From positions 608,001 through 672,000 of the forward strand of contig CBDDIJ010000005.1 in the NCBI GenBank assembly GCA_965228855.1: a stretch of 64,000 bases of DNA, written 5' to 3'. Both the position numbers and the translations under genes were made by a program. This document shows positions 19,745 to 31,448 of the stretch, in pieces (position 1 is the first letter of the stretch; each line of letters starts with the position of its first letter). The notes under the pieces are model-generated. The model was not told the origin of the DNA, ran no database searches, and was given only the letters and a program-made list of their open reading frames with translations. The stretch comes from Candidatus Obscuribacterales bacterium (GTDB taxonomy: Bacteria; Cyanobacteriota; Vampirovibrionia; Obscuribacterales; Obscuribacteraceae).

Positions 19745-22120
19745 ATGGCTGAACACGACAACGATTTGTCTGATGTAATCGTGTGCGCGAAGTGTCAGAA
19801 GCCCACAAAAGCCGCGCGCACCGGAACCATCACGCAGTGGATCGCAGGCTGCGATTGCGAGCTGATGGCAGTTTCTGATGAGACGATCGAAGTCGATCTG
19901 TGTCACGTATGCGGCAAACGGATAAACAAAGGACGCGCCGGTTCCTTAACCCAATGGATATTTAGAACGGACTGTTGTTCTTGCGCGTCACCAGCCAGTA
20001 AACCGTCAATAGCTCAAAGGGTATTAGCCGAACGTCAGGCTAAACAGGCGATTGAAGACCAGGCGAACAGGCTGACTCAGTCAAAAACAGCCGATGAAGA
20101 TGCCATCCGCGACCTCGCCCGCGGTGAATTTATCGAGACGACACGCTACGAGCCCATCAGCAGACTCGGCAGCGGCGCTTCCGGCAGCGTTTTTCTGTGC
20201 CGTGACAAATTGCTCAGCCGAAAAGTGGCTCTGAAAAAATTGCGTAGAACATCTGCCCTGACCGTAATAGATTTTCAGGCCGAGGCCCAGACCTGTTCTA
20301 AACTGAAACATCCTAATATTGTTTCGATATTGGATCTTTCCACGGACGATACCGGAATTCCATACATGGTTATGGAATACGTGGACGGGATTACACTGGA
20401 AAGCTACCTTGCCACAAACGGCCCCTTTCCGCTTGCGAAAACTCTCAAACTGATGGACGAGATTTGCGACGCTTTATCTTATTCGCATAATCTTGGCATC
20501 ATGCACAGAGACGTTAAGAGTTCGAACATACTGTTATCGAAAGAGCATTCTTACCTTATAGATTTCGGCATCGCCAAATTCAAGGGCATACTGACGGACG
20601 GCGAACTCGACCTTAGCACCACGGACAATACTATGGTGGGAAGTCCTCTCTACATGCCACCCGACCAGGGGCTTGGTTTTGCATACGACGAAAGGAGCGA
20701 GGTGTACTCGGTTGGCTGCGTCCTATTTGAAGCGCTCACCGGTCGCACTCCCTTTTCGGGTGGATCGTCTCTCCAAATTTTGTCACAGCACGCTCACGCG
20801 CATGCGCCGTCGCTTTCTGAAACTGCGCCTCAACTCGAGTTTCCGCAGGAACTAGAAATAGTCGTCGCAAAGTGCCTGGAGAAACAACCGGACGATCGTT
20901 TTCAATCAATTTCCGAGTTGCGGACAGCCTTGAACCAGATCCACTTAGTGGACGACGTATATAGTGAAGTTGAAAGTTCAATCGATTTCGGTGATGTCAA
21001 CCTTGTACCGGCGACTGCCGGCATCATGACCGACGTGCAGTCCCACGAAGCAGGTTTAAAGAGGAGCAGAGTGATTACCCTGGCTGTTTTACTCGTGCTT
21101 GTCACCATAACTGGTGGCGTTGCCAGTCGTCTCTTCCAGCAGGATAAACGACTTTCACCCGCCCCCACGAAGTCAACAACCACTCGAAAGTCAATTCCGG
21201 ACTTCAACGATGTCGACCGGCGCGACGTAATTCGACGGGCTGTAAAAAATGGACAAGTGAAGCTCTGCTTTTCCAGCGGATTTATAAATGACGGCGATCT
21301 GGAACTCTTGAAAGGCTACACAAGAATAGAAGAGCTGGATCTGATGGGAAATCCGATTACAGACCAAGGTTTGATGCAGGTTTCAGCGCCCTACGCGAAA
21401 AAACTAGTCTTGACGAATTGCGATGTAAAAACACTGGACTTCGTCAAGAACTTTCCGAATTTGCAATGTCTGTTTCTGGAAGGAACCAACATAACCGACG
21501 AATCTCTGGAAAACGTAAGATACCTCCCAATGCTTAGAGAGCTGAAACTCAGCGAAACAACGATCAGCGATGCCGGTCTGAAATACGTTACCGCAGCGCG
21601 GTCACTGGAATATGTTATCGTCCACGGCACAAGAGTAACAAAAGCTGGAGCTGAACGAATCTCACAGCAGATGCCGCTGACGGCGATTGCACCAACTGTA
21701 CCCAGGCGGATCGTAAGAATGCTACAAGTACTTAACAGGCTAGAAGCGTCGGAGAAATACACCGAAGCAATCGAGCAATCAACTCGAATTATCGATATCG
21801 TAGAACGTGCTCAAGGAGCGGACGCACCCTTGATAGTGCCATATCTTCTGCGTCGTTCGGCTTTTAAAACACACATGAGTAGACCGGACAGCGTGGACGA
21901 TCTCAAAAAAGCAATTGTTGTCGCGCGCTCGAGCAAAAACGACATCATGCTGAAAAGTGCTCTGGCAGCCCTTCTAAACGCCTATGTCCTAAACCACTTG
22001 GAGCAAGAAGCCGAACCTATTCGTTTAGAGCTGCTTGCCACAATTAAAAGACTTGACGGACCAGAAAGTACGGAACTTCTTCAGTACGAGAAGTCTGTTT
22101 CGAAGAAAACAACCGATTAA
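19745..22120 (+). CDS. Receptor-like Ser/Thr kinase: duplicated Cys motif, kinase, TM, LRR, TPR-like tail
   Basis: CxxC..TQWI..CxC twice; LGSGASG, HRDVKSSN, DFG; TM ITLAVLLVLVTITGGVA; LRRs such as LxLxxTxITDxxL. Confidence 0.9.
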   Translation: MAEHDNDLSDVIVCAKCQKPTKAARTGTITQWIAGCDCELMAVSDETIEVDLCHVCGKRINKGRAGSLTQWIFRTDCCSCASPASKPSIAQRVLAERQAKQAIEDQANRLTQSKTADEDAIRDLARGEFIETTRYEPISRLGSGASGSVFLCRDKLLSRKVALKKLRRTSALTVIDFQAEAQTCSKLKHPNIVSILDLSTDDTGIPYMVMEYVDGITLESYLATNGPFPLAKTLKLMDEICDALSYSHNLGIMHRDVKSSNILLSKEHSYLIDFGIAKFKGILTDGELDLSTTDNTMVGSPLYMPPDQGLGFAYDERSEVYSVGCVLFEALTGRTPFSGGSSLQILSQHAHAHAPSLSETAPQLEFPQELEIVVAKCLEKQPDDRFQSISELRTALNQIHLVDDVYSEVESSIDFGDVNLVPATAGIMTDVQSHEAGLKRSRVITLAVLLVLVTITGGVASRLFQQDKRLSPAPTKSTTTRKSIPDFNDVDRRDVIRRAVKNGQVKLCFSSGFINDGDLELLKGYTRIEELDLMGNPITDQGLMQVSAPYAKKLVLTNCDVKTLDFVKNFPNLQCLFLEGTNITDESLENVRYLPMLRELKLSETTISDAGLKYVTAARSLEYVIVHGTRVTKAGAERISQQMPLTAIAPTVPRRIVRMLQVLNRLEASEKYTEAIEQSTRIIDIVERAQGADAPLIVPYLLRRSAFKTHMSRPDSVDDLKKAIVVARSSKNDIMLKSALAALLNAYVLNHLEQEAEPIRLELLATIKRLDGPESTELLQYEKSVSKKTTD

Positions 22121-22146
22121 CTCGTCCAAGCAATTCGGAGAACCGC

Positions 22147-22641
22147 ATGTCTACGAACGAACCACATCCTACTGTTTTGGCTGGCCTAAAAACTTTTGGT
22201 ATCGAATATAGAGTCTTTGAATGCGAAGACCACCTGGCTGATACGGCAATCTTCTGCGAACACTATGGTTTCGCTCCCGAGACAACCGCAAACACGATCA
22301 TTGCAGTAGGAAAATCGACACCTCCAAAATTTGCATGTAGTGTCATCCTTGCCACGACTAAGCTCGACGTCAACAAGAAGATCTCACACTTACTTGGAAT
22401 AAAGCGATGTTCTTTTGCTTCTGCAGAGCAAACGCTCGAACTTACGGGAATGCAAATCGGTGGAGTCACACCATTTGGACTGCCGGATCTACCGATTTAT
22501 CTGGACTCGCGGATAATGGACTGTGATGAAGTGCTGCTTGGCGGTGGAAATCGCACCACGAAAGTAATTTTGAAACCGGCTGAACTGCTCAAATTGCCAA
22601 AATCAGAAGTTATCTCTGGACTTGCGCTCATGCGTGCCTGA
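22147..22641 (+). CDS. YbaK/ProX aminoacyl-tRNA editing family protein
   Basis: FASAEQTLELTGMQIGGVTPFG, IYLDSRI, LGGGNR. Confidence 0.85.
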   Translation: MSTNEPHPTVLAGLKTFGIEYRVFECEDHLADTAIFCEHYGFAPETTANTIIAVGKSTPPKFACSVILATTKLDVNKKISHLLGIKRCSFASAEQTLELTGMQIGGVTPFGLPDLPIYLDSRIMDCDEVLLGGGNRTTKVILKPAELLKLPKSEVISGLALMRA

Positions 22642-22844
22642 TCGCCCCACAATCAATGGAACCCAATCGCAAGCGACTGTTTCCAAGCGGTTTTGATGCT
22701 ACCAACTCGCGGAATAAAAGTGATGAACAGGCAGCGCCGCGCGAGCTTCACGTAAAATGACATGGGTCAAGAAGCGAGATCATAAATCAATCAGCGTGCT
22801 ACGCTACTAAAAGTCCATCATCTTACAGGTCTCGCTCGGCTTCA

Positions 22845-23945
22845 ATGGCTACGCGCAAAACACTGTCAACTGTCCTGAGCATTTTCGCGGCTGCCACGTT
22901 CGCAGTCTCGCACCAATCCGCTTCGGCGGAGCCTGTTAGAGATGACAACGCAAGTCTCGGGAAAGAGCTCAGACTGCCAATTTATTATTGGAACGATAGC
23001 GCTGTCAAAACTAAGGGCGTAATCTTGGCGATTCATGGTGTCACGCTACATGCTCGTCGATTCGACAGCGTAGCCATGAAATTAGCAGCTGATGGTTATC
23101 CAGTCTACGCCCTGGATCTCAGAGGGTTTGGGGCCTGGCGCAAAGACAACGAAAAATTCAACGGCGACGACAAAATTCACTACACTCAGAGCCAGGGAGA
23201 CATTGTTGACGTACTGAGTACTCTAAAGAAAATGTACTCTGATGTGCCGGTCTATATGATGGGAGAAAGTCTTGGAGCCAATCTCTCGGTTTGGGTTGCG
23301 TCAACTCATCCAGATCTGGTTGACGGAATTATTCTTTCCAGTCCGTGCGTCAAGCGAATTGTCAGGCTCAACAAGCGTGTTCTAATAGATTCGACAAAGA
23401 GTTTTTTCCACCCGTATAAACCTTTTGGATTGGAAGCTCACATCAAGCCGTATTTGTCGGAAGATCCTCGAGTTACCGAAGAGTATCTGCAAGATCCCTA
23501 CATCGATATGGATCTGAGCGCCGCCGATCTGATTAAAAGCGTAAAGACTAACACGCTCGCAATCGCACATACTAAGAGCATTCCCGAGGACATGCCAATA
23601 CTGATGTTGGCCGGGGAACAAGACAAAATCTACAAAGCAAAGGCGATTCCAAAGTTCGCAAAAAACATCCCCTCCCATGACCAAACAATCTATATGTTCG
23701 AAAACAAAGGACATTTGTTACTGGAACATAACTTTGTAGAACCTGACGTGATTGCGAGGATGGAAAACTGGCTTGCCGAGCAGCACAAGCGAGATGGCAA
23801 AAGTGGCGAGATAGCCGAGCACAATTCGAATTCAGTTTTCAGTGCGGAACGCACCACCACCGATAGTGGCGAAGCAGGCGGAAGCGGCGGCCCAGTCGGA
23901 CCGAGTTCTTTGATAACGCCAGCGCCACCGACAACGACCAGGTAG
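22845..23945 (+). CDS. Secreted alpha/beta hydrolase (lysophospholipase/Hydrolase_4-like)
   Basis: Signal peptide ending in ASA; IHG, DLRGFG, GESLG nucleophile elbow, GEQD, GH. Confidence 0.88.
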   Translation: MATRKTLSTVLSIFAAATFAVSHQSASAEPVRDDNASLGKELRLPIYYWNDSAVKTKGVILAIHGVTLHARRFDSVAMKLAADGYPVYALDLRGFGAWRKDNEKFNGDDKIHYTQSQGDIVDVLSTLKKMYSDVPVYMMGESLGANLSVWVASTHPDLVDGIILSSPCVKRIVRLNKRVLIDSTKSFFHPYKPFGLEAHIKPYLSEDPRVTEEYLQDPYIDMDLSAADLIKSVKTNTLAIAHTKSIPEDMPILMLAGEQDKIYKAKAIPKFAKNIPSHDQTIYMFENKGHLLLEHNFVEPDVIARMENWLAEQHKRDGKSGEIAEHNSNSVFSAERTTTDSGEAGGSGGPVGPSSLITPAPPTTTR

Positions 23946-24033
23946 CATTAACGCAAGTAAAAAAATTGCTGATGCCATGAGACTTTCGTGCATCAGCTAA
24001 CTCAATTTAGCGAAAAAAATTCTACCCAAATAC

Positions 24034-24058
24034 AAAAAAACGAAGGCAATAACCTTCG
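24034..24058 (-). terminator. Intrinsic terminator of the 16S transcript
   Basis: Minus strand reads CGAAGG-ttattg-CCTTCG-TTTTTTT. Confidence 0.8.
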
Positions 24059-24079
24059 ACCTTTTGTTTATTGGTTCAT

Positions 24080-24108
24080 TCGAACCCTGATAACTGAATA
24101 GCAATTAG
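24080..24108 (-). other. 3' arm of the 16S processing (RNase III-type) stem
   Basis: Reverse complement of 25883-25912 (TCGAACCCTGATAACTGAATA(A)GCAATTAG) with a one-nt bulge. Confidence 0.85.
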
Positions 24109-24285
24109 ACTTACTTTAAACTGTCGCCTCAGACTACCTGGTATGAGTAGGTATGGTTTTTATATGACCATTCTGGTAGTCCTCTGTGGCACCGACCTGT
24201 GAGAACACTGAGTTAGCGAACTAACTCAATCATTATCTGTTGGATTAACGACTCGTACACAGTAGAGTCTATCCAATGTTCTCCC

Positions 24286-25803
<1,518 letters not shown>

Positions 25804-25882
25804 CACTGTTACGTGTTCGCCAGGAGTACTGGCGTTTTTCAACAGAGCTTTTATTTGTCCTACTCAATTTCTTGACAGGCGC

Positions 25883-25912
25883 CTAATTGCTTATTCAGTT
25901 ATCAGGGTTCGA
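25883..25912 (-). promoter_or_regulatory. rRNA leader boxA-like element and 5' arm of the processing stem
   Basis: Minus strand GAACCCTGATAACTGAATA, resembling cyanobacterial boxA; preceded by hairpin GACTCGC-atc-GCGAGTC (boxB-like, ~25922-25938). Confidence 0.7.
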
Positions 25913-25986
25913 TGAGCGATTGACTCGCGATGCGAGTCTTGCGCGCCTCACGAATCAGTTCGTGGTGCAACGCCGCATGAGAATAA

Positions 25987-26015
25987 ATCTTACCGGAGAG
26001 ATCGGGAGGTGTCAA
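25987..26015 (-). promoter_or_regulatory. Sigma70-type rRNA promoter
   Basis: Minus strand TTGACA-17 nt-TAAGAT, about 185 nt upstream of the 16S 5' end. Confidence 0.85.
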
Positions 26016-26408
26016 CTTTCGATCGGTCAAAAACGTGTATTTGAGCAGATCTGTTATCAATTCGACATATATATCTTCCCTTAAGAATTTCGCAAAAGGG
26101 CAGATTTAGAGCCTTTCGAGCGATTTTTTCCTCGATTATGATAGCCAGCCAATAAACGCAGACTACATACAAGAGGTGTTTTCCTTTGCCCAGCACTGGA
26201 TTCAGCCCTTGATCCATATATATGCCTTTCACTCTCTTTCGGATTCCGCGGGCAACGAGATTTATCAAACCACCTACAGGTGAGCGTTTTCGCTGACTCG
26301 AAAAAGAATCGATTTCAAGTTGTCAAAAGATCGAATTTGCGGGAACTCTCAAGGCATGCGGCCTGTCTCGCAAATGTTCAAATCAAAAGAGATGCAAGGG
26401 AGGATCTT

Positions 26409-27053
26409 ATGCGCTCCAATAAACTCAGCCAGGCGACCGTGCTTGGCGCTGCCCTCACGACTCTGTTCAGTACGGCTGCATTAGCTGACTCAATCTATGT
26501 GGGTTCTCCTGCAGTAGTAGAACAGCAAGTCGTCGAACGGCAAGTTGTGACTCCCGCTCAGGTTGTCATACCAACAGGAACGTCATCTACCGTTGTAGAG
26601 AAGCGGGTTATTGTCCCAACCGCCGCCTCGACAGTAGTACAAGAGCGATCTGTAGTCTCCACACCTGCTGTGGTCGAGCAAAGAGTGGTAGCACCGGCGG
26701 AGCCGGATATTCTGATGAAACGCTCTGTGACCTTCGGCACCACCAAGCCGCTAGTCAAGACCACAACAAGCGCAGCCACACTTGAGAGTTGCGCAGCTCC
26801 TGTGTTTCACACACGAATTCAAAATATGAAAGACCAGGTGAATCTCGGGCTATCCAAGGGATATATGTCCGCATCAGACGCCAGTGCTTTCGGCGCGCGC
26901 CTGGAAGATCTTAAGAGCGAGGCCGACTCGGTTGTCGCAGAAGGAACTCCAAAATACCTGTCAGACAAACTGGAAAAACGATTGACCGGAATCAATATCG
27001 AAATCTCGAATGCGATGACACCAGACGGTCGATCAAGTGTCCAAGTTCAGTAG
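26409..27053 (+). CDS. Secreted hypothetical protein with Val-rich tandem repeats and a helical C-terminal domain
   Basis: SD GGGAGGA before ATG 26409; signal peptide ending in ALA; repeats AVVEQQVV, TVVEKRVI, TVVQERSV, AVVEQRVV. Confidence 0.75.
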   Translation: MRSNKLSQATVLGAALTTLFSTAALADSIYVGSPAVVEQQVVERQVVTPAQVVIPTGTSSTVVEKRVIVPTAASTVVQERSVVSTPAVVEQRVVAPAEPDILMKRSVTFGTTKPLVKTTTSAATLESCAAPVFHTRIQNMKDQVNLGLSKGYMSASDASAFGARLEDLKSEADSVVAEGTPKYLSDKLEKRLTGINIEISNAMTPDGRSSVQVQ

Positions 27054-27078
27054 CCCCAGTCATCAAAAAGAAGGTCTT

Positions 27079-27112
27079 GGAATAGTCGGAGTTTAGAAAC
27101 TCCGACTATTCC
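27079..27112. terminator. Perfect 16-bp inverted repeat between convergent genes
   Basis: GGAATAGTCGGAGTTT-ag-AAACTCCGACTATTCC. Confidence 0.7.
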
Positions 27113-27144
27113 GACCAATCAACTAAAAACCGTAAAACTTCGAT

Positions 27145-28326
27145 TTATCGAATCTGTCCCGCTAACAACATCAAAGATCGTGCTTTTCGAGCGCCGTAGA
27201 TTACGACCAGACGTCCTGCTGGTTTACGCTGAACCATCAAGTAGACCTTGTTGAGTTTAAACATGACACGCCGCTCTTCCGGCCAGATTTCTTCGGCTGG
27301 ATGGAGCTGCTCAAGCCGAGCTTGATAGTTATTGAAAACCTCGTCCGCAAATTTGGCGTCGCCGTAATCTATATATAAAAGTTTCAAGCGCTCCCGCGTT
27401 GGATACAGAATCTGGTAATCCGCGACGACAGCTGAGTGCGCGGAATCGACCGAGAGCCCTGCTATATCAGGAGCCGGGTAATACTTTGCTGCTGAAAGTG
27501 GTCCCATGACAAGCTTCTCGGAACCCTTAATCCGATCCACGACAGGAATTCTGGACAGCACCGCCGGCGGTTGCGCATGAGTGATCGCAATCTTAGAAAG
27601 GTTCTCCGCAAACTTTGTTATCACTTCCTTACTCTCGTCGTCATCCTCAGATGAACCAGAGAGAACAAATAGATACTTGTCTTGCCAGAACGAAATACTG
27701 TCACCGTCTTCGGATGAACCATCACCACGCTTCACGACAGTCGTAGAGCCCTTTCGCAAAAGGTCGTATCCTGCGTTCGCGCCCTCGGACTCGGCAAATT
27801 CAAACGCCTTTATAGTTATGTACCGACTGCCACGCTTGAATGTTTTTTGAGAGATCGCTTTGCAAGCAAATTCGTCGAGAATCAAAATGTCATTGCCATA
27901 AACTGGAGGCGAAAGAGATTCCGAGACGGCGCCTCCTTCGGATGCCGCCGAGTCAGCCGCAGCGGATGACAGACTTTTTTGCGCAGAAAAATTGCCTGCA
28001 GCTACGGTAGGCTCTACCGAAACGAGCCTACCGTCGGCAATTCGATAGGTCTTAACTCCTAGATCTTCCCAGCCCTGGTGGGAAATAGTTCGCAACATCG
28101 GGCGCAGGTTTGAGACGAAAACATTCTGCGCAGCCGCATTATTGTTAACGGTAGTCGGCGGTGGCTCCAGCGCACCCGCAGATAAACCCGTGCTCAGATT
28201 GAAACCGGAGCACAGCAGCTGACTCCCAACGATGAAGAGTGCTTGGACCGCCGACTTGTGCTTTTGTGATTTCAACTTCAAACATGAGATGGAACAAACA
28301 CAGTTTATCAAATGACAAATATCCAA
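27145..28326 (-). CDS. Exported hypothetical protein (possibly DUF6599-like); true start probably ~28280
   Basis: Signal-like segment KSQKHKSAVQALFIVG...AGA; alpha/beta pattern ITIKAFEFAESEGANAGY...SFWQDKYLFVL. Confidence 0.6.
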   Translation of the reverse strand: MDICHLINCVCSISCLKLKSQKHKSAVQALFIVGSQLLCSGFNLSTGLSAGALEPPPTTVNNNAAAQNVFVSNLRPMLRTISHQGWEDLGVKTYRIADGRLVSVEPTVAAGNFSAQKSLSSAAADSAASEGGAVSESLSPPVYGNDILILDEFACKAISQKTFKRGSRYITIKAFEFAESEGANAGYDLLRKGSTTVVKRGDGSSEDGDSISFWQDKYLFVLSGSSEDDDESKEVITKFAENLSKIAITHAQPPAVLSRIPVVDRIKGSEKLVMGPLSAAKYYPAPDIAGLSVDSAHSAVVADYQILYPTRERLKLLYIDYGDAKFADEVFNNYQARLEQLHPAEEIWPEERRVMFKLNKVYLMVQRKPAGRLVVIYGARKARSLMLLAGQIR

Positions 28327-28349
28327 GTCTTGGCGACTTGGATATTTGT
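28315..28349. terminator. Perfect 15-bp hairpin, probable terminator of the 28417-28791 gene
   Basis: ACAAATATCCAAGTC-ttggc-GACTTGGATATTTGT. Confidence 0.6.
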
Positions 28350-28416
28350 TTCCCTTCTCGGCTCGAGCAGCCGAGAACCACTCACACCGTAGGTTCTGTT
28401 TAAAGATTTTCTGCGT

Positions 28417-28791
28417 TTATTTTGATCGCGCTGCTCTTCTATCAAAGATTACGGTTGGCACGCCGTGAGAATTTGATTCGGAGCCGAAATTCTGCTTGAT
28501 TGCTTGAACGCCGAGATAACCTATGGTTCCCAGCTCACACATAAGCCCGGTCGCCATCAACACCCCTGAAAATTCGGCGATGCCAATGGCTGTCACCGCA
28601 CCGCCAAGCACCAGAGCACCAGCTTCGACAGGATGCTCTTTTGAATATTCCAGAGCAGACTTGGCGACATCAGGTCCGTACCGCCTCACGTCGTCAGGCA
28701 GTTTGCCCATGGCATCAAAAATATCAGCGAAATCCAGAGAATTTTGCTTCGGCTCAGATTTGGCATTCTGATTGAAATTCTCATATCCCAT
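28417..28791 (-). CDS. Small hypothetical protein with Gly-rich hydrophobic hairpin
   Basis: SD GAGGA upstream; AGALVLGGAVTAIG...LGTIGYLGV. Confidence 0.65.
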   Translation of the reverse strand: MGYENFNQNAKSEPKQNSLDFADIFDAMGKLPDDVRRYGPDVAKSALEYSKEHPVEAGALVLGGAVTAIGIAEFSGVLMATGLMCELGTIGYLGVQAIKQNFGSESNSHGVPTVIFDRRAARSK

Positions 28792-28954
28792 GTTCTTATC
28801 CTCAATCTCATATGTTCGGCTCGATTTGTGAAACCAATGTAATTCGTTGCGCGAGGAATAGAACTGTTGAATTCAACAGTTGGAATTGAATCGGATGTAC
28901 CAAATCCATTGCCAAGGTTTAAACTGAGCCCGTGAATTGACTTGAGCTTTTGCA

Positions 28955-31381
28955 ATGACAGAGAGTTCTGCACCGGCAGACCGAAGAGTTGAAAACATCT
29001 ATAGCGGAAAAACTGATGCGTGGCTTGTCGCGACGCTCATCATTCTCGTCGTAATCGGTTACGGCTCCACACTTACATTCTTTTTTACAGCAGACGATCT
29101 GTGGCAGGTTCACTACGCATACCGAATCTTTAACGGCGACACAGAGCTCGCCTGGCGCAACTTCGTCGGCAATTATATTCAAATTCCCAGTTTCGAATTT
29201 TACCGGCCGCTCCTCGGTCTGACTTTCTGGTGCGACTATCTGCTGGGCAAGACAAATCCGCTTATTTACCACATTACAAGCACACTGCTATACGTAGCCG
29301 ATGTGGTGCTGCTGTTTGGATTTATGAAACGCCTGATCTCCACGTTCGTTACACGCGACACGCTCACAGTCAGGGCATCCGCCTTCGCGACGGCGGCGAT
29401 GTTCGCCGTCAGCCCGTTGCATTGCGAAGCAGTAACCTGGTTATCGGGGCGAGCTGATGTTCTTGCAGCCCTTTTCTATCTGACGACACTAAATATGGTG
29501 CTTGACGGTTTAAATAATCAAAAGCACGGTTTGAAACATTTGGCGCTGCCATGCCTGACATTCATACTCGCCCTGGGAGCAAAAGAGATTGCTATCGGTC
29601 TTCCGTTTGTGATTTTTGCTCTGGCATCGTTGCGCCCATCCCCATTAGGCTCATCGAATGGCAAATCGCAAAGCCTCTCTAGTTCAAGTTCTACAAACGC
29701 CCTTGGAGGAAGAACAGCCCAGAGGTTCGAAACCTTTGGTTTCGCATTGAAGATTTCACTTCCGTTTATCCTCATAGCTCTGTTCTACCTTATCTTGCGA
29801 TTGATCATGTTCGGCTCAATGTTCGGTGGCTACACCGGCAGTTTTGGACTGGTGAAAGCAAAATACGCATCGCTGCTCTGGTTTGATCCGCAAGTCTGGC
29901 TGCGAATAATCTTTCCATTCAATCACACCATGCTTAAACCGCTTGGAGTCTATGAAATCGCACTGTTAGTTCAACTCCTGCTCGGCGGTTTTATTTGCGT
30001 AATTCAAGCGCTGCTGACCAGAAGAATTCACTGGAGGCTGGCGGCATTTCTTTCGCTCTGGACCCTCACGCTAGTTATTCCACTCACAACCGTATGGGGT
30101 CTAGACCCGGCGCGACATAACAGCCGGCTGCTGTTTTTCCTGACTATGCCGCTTTCGGCATGGCTGCCTTGTTGGACGTTCGCACCTGTGGCATCGTGGC
30201 AAACGTCAGCGGATAAAGCAGGCTGGTGGAAGGCAGTTCAAACCACCGCGTCGATCTTTCTCTGCGGAATGGTAGCACTGTTGCTTTGCGCAACCGTGAT
30301 ATCGAATCAAGCATGGCGCACCGCGGGCGACATCGTAAATCAAGTTCGACTTCAATGCTCTGAGCTAACGGCTGGACTTGCTAAAGACGAAAAAATAATG
30401 GTGCTCGGAATACCCGACGACTACAACGGCGCAATGGTAATTCTAAATGGCTCGACTCTTCATCACTTGCTGTCACCGCCTTTCTGCCAGAGAAAAGTGA
30501 TTGAGCAAGTCGTTTCCTTCAAACCGTTTTTGATCGGACCGGGAGACCTCATTGACTCGAGCAGGGTAAAGGAACTGTTGCGACACGGCACTGTCAAAAC
30601 TGTTTACGCCTGGAACAGCGAAACTCAGAAATTAGAATGGATTCCACTAACCCAGTCAGGTTTATGCAATGGGAAGAGGGTCGGGTTGGAACCTTATGAA
30701 AGTGTTGAACCTGGTTATTATGCAAATTTGAAACTGAATCCATTGAACTTTGACTATTTGACATTCACACTAAACTCCAGGTCAACGAAAAACAAATTCG
30801 CGCCGATTACGCTTTGGTGGAATGATGAGACGCAGAATCGCTCACGAGGTATGATTCGCTTACTTCCGCCACCTGGCAAAACCCCTGTTGTCATCGGTCT
30901 TTCCGACAACTGGCGCTGGTATTCATCGCCTGTAGTTGATACGCTGCGACTCAGGTTAGGAACGCTGACCTTTGACGCTCTCGAAAATCCAGAGTTGGTG
31001 TCAGCTGATCTGTTGATGCCAAGTCTCGAAATTTCGACGCCGGCGCGCACTACCGGGGAGCACGTCGTGAAGCCAGATTCCGTTAATATCAGCTGGAACG
31101 CTAACGCAATTGAGCGGGTGTCGAAAGTTGTTTTGGAAGTCACCCGACCTAATTTTTTCTTTGGTGGTTCAGAAATGATTCCTGTCGAACAGATCATTGC
31201 TCACAAACAGGTTCTACCAACAAAGGGCAGCATGCGCGTTCCGGAAACGTGGTTTCACCAGGAAGGCTTTTATGAAATGCGCGTCCATGCGTATGATGCA
31301 AATGGGGAACCCGTGGGCGAATTTTCTCAACCGGCAACAATTTATTGCAGCACCTCCGGAGCATGCGCTTATCTGGACTAG
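28955..31381 (+). CDS. Polytopic GT-C fold glycosyltransferase (TMTC/PMT-like) with large extracytoplasmic C-terminus
   Basis: FTADD after TM1, FYRPL, PLHCEAVTWLSGRADVLAALFYL, GAKE; many TM segments. Confidence 0.75.
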   Translation: MTESSAPADRRVENIYSGKTDAWLVATLIILVVIGYGSTLTFFFTADDLWQVHYAYRIFNGDTELAWRNFVGNYIQIPSFEFYRPLLGLTFWCDYLLGKTNPLIYHITSTLLYVADVVLLFGFMKRLISTFVTRDTLTVRASAFATAAMFAVSPLHCEAVTWLSGRADVLAALFYLTTLNMVLDGLNNQKHGLKHLALPCLTFILALGAKEIAIGLPFVIFALASLRPSPLGSSNGKSQSLSSSSSTNALGGRTAQRFETFGFALKISLPFILIALFYLILRLIMFGSMFGGYTGSFGLVKAKYASLLWFDPQVWLRIIFPFNHTMLKPLGVYEIALLVQLLLGGFICVIQALLTRRIHWRLAAFLSLWTLTLVIPLTTVWGLDPARHNSRLLFFLTMPLSAWLPCWTFAPVASWQTSADKAGWWKAVQTTASIFLCGMVALLLCATVISNQAWRTAGDIVNQVRLQCSELTAGLAKDEKIMVLGIPDDYNGAMVILNGSTLHHLLSPPFCQRKVIEQVVSFKPFLIGPGDLIDSSRVKELLRHGTVKTVYAWNSETQKLEWIPLTQSGLCNGKRVGLEPYESVEPGYYANLKLNPLNFDYLTFTLNSRSTKNKFAPITLWWNDETQNRSRGMIRLLPPPGKTPVVIGLSDNWRWYSSPVVDTLRLRLGTLTFDALENPELVSADLLMPSLEISTPARTTGEHVVKPDSVNISWNANAIERVSKVVLEVTRPNFFFGGSEMIPVEQIIAHKQVLPTKGSMRVPETWFHQEGFYEMRVHAYDANGEPVGEFSQPATIYCSTSGACAYLD

Positions 31382-31448
31382 CCGCAACAGTCTCGAATCG
31401 CCATTAAGACATCGTCTTTCAACAAGCTCGACTGAAGCATTCGCGCTG

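Noticed and set aside
27079..28349. Two perfect inverted repeats as possible MITE/IS ends or REP elements
   Set aside because: Unrelated to each other, single-copy in the window, positioned like terminators; no transposase.
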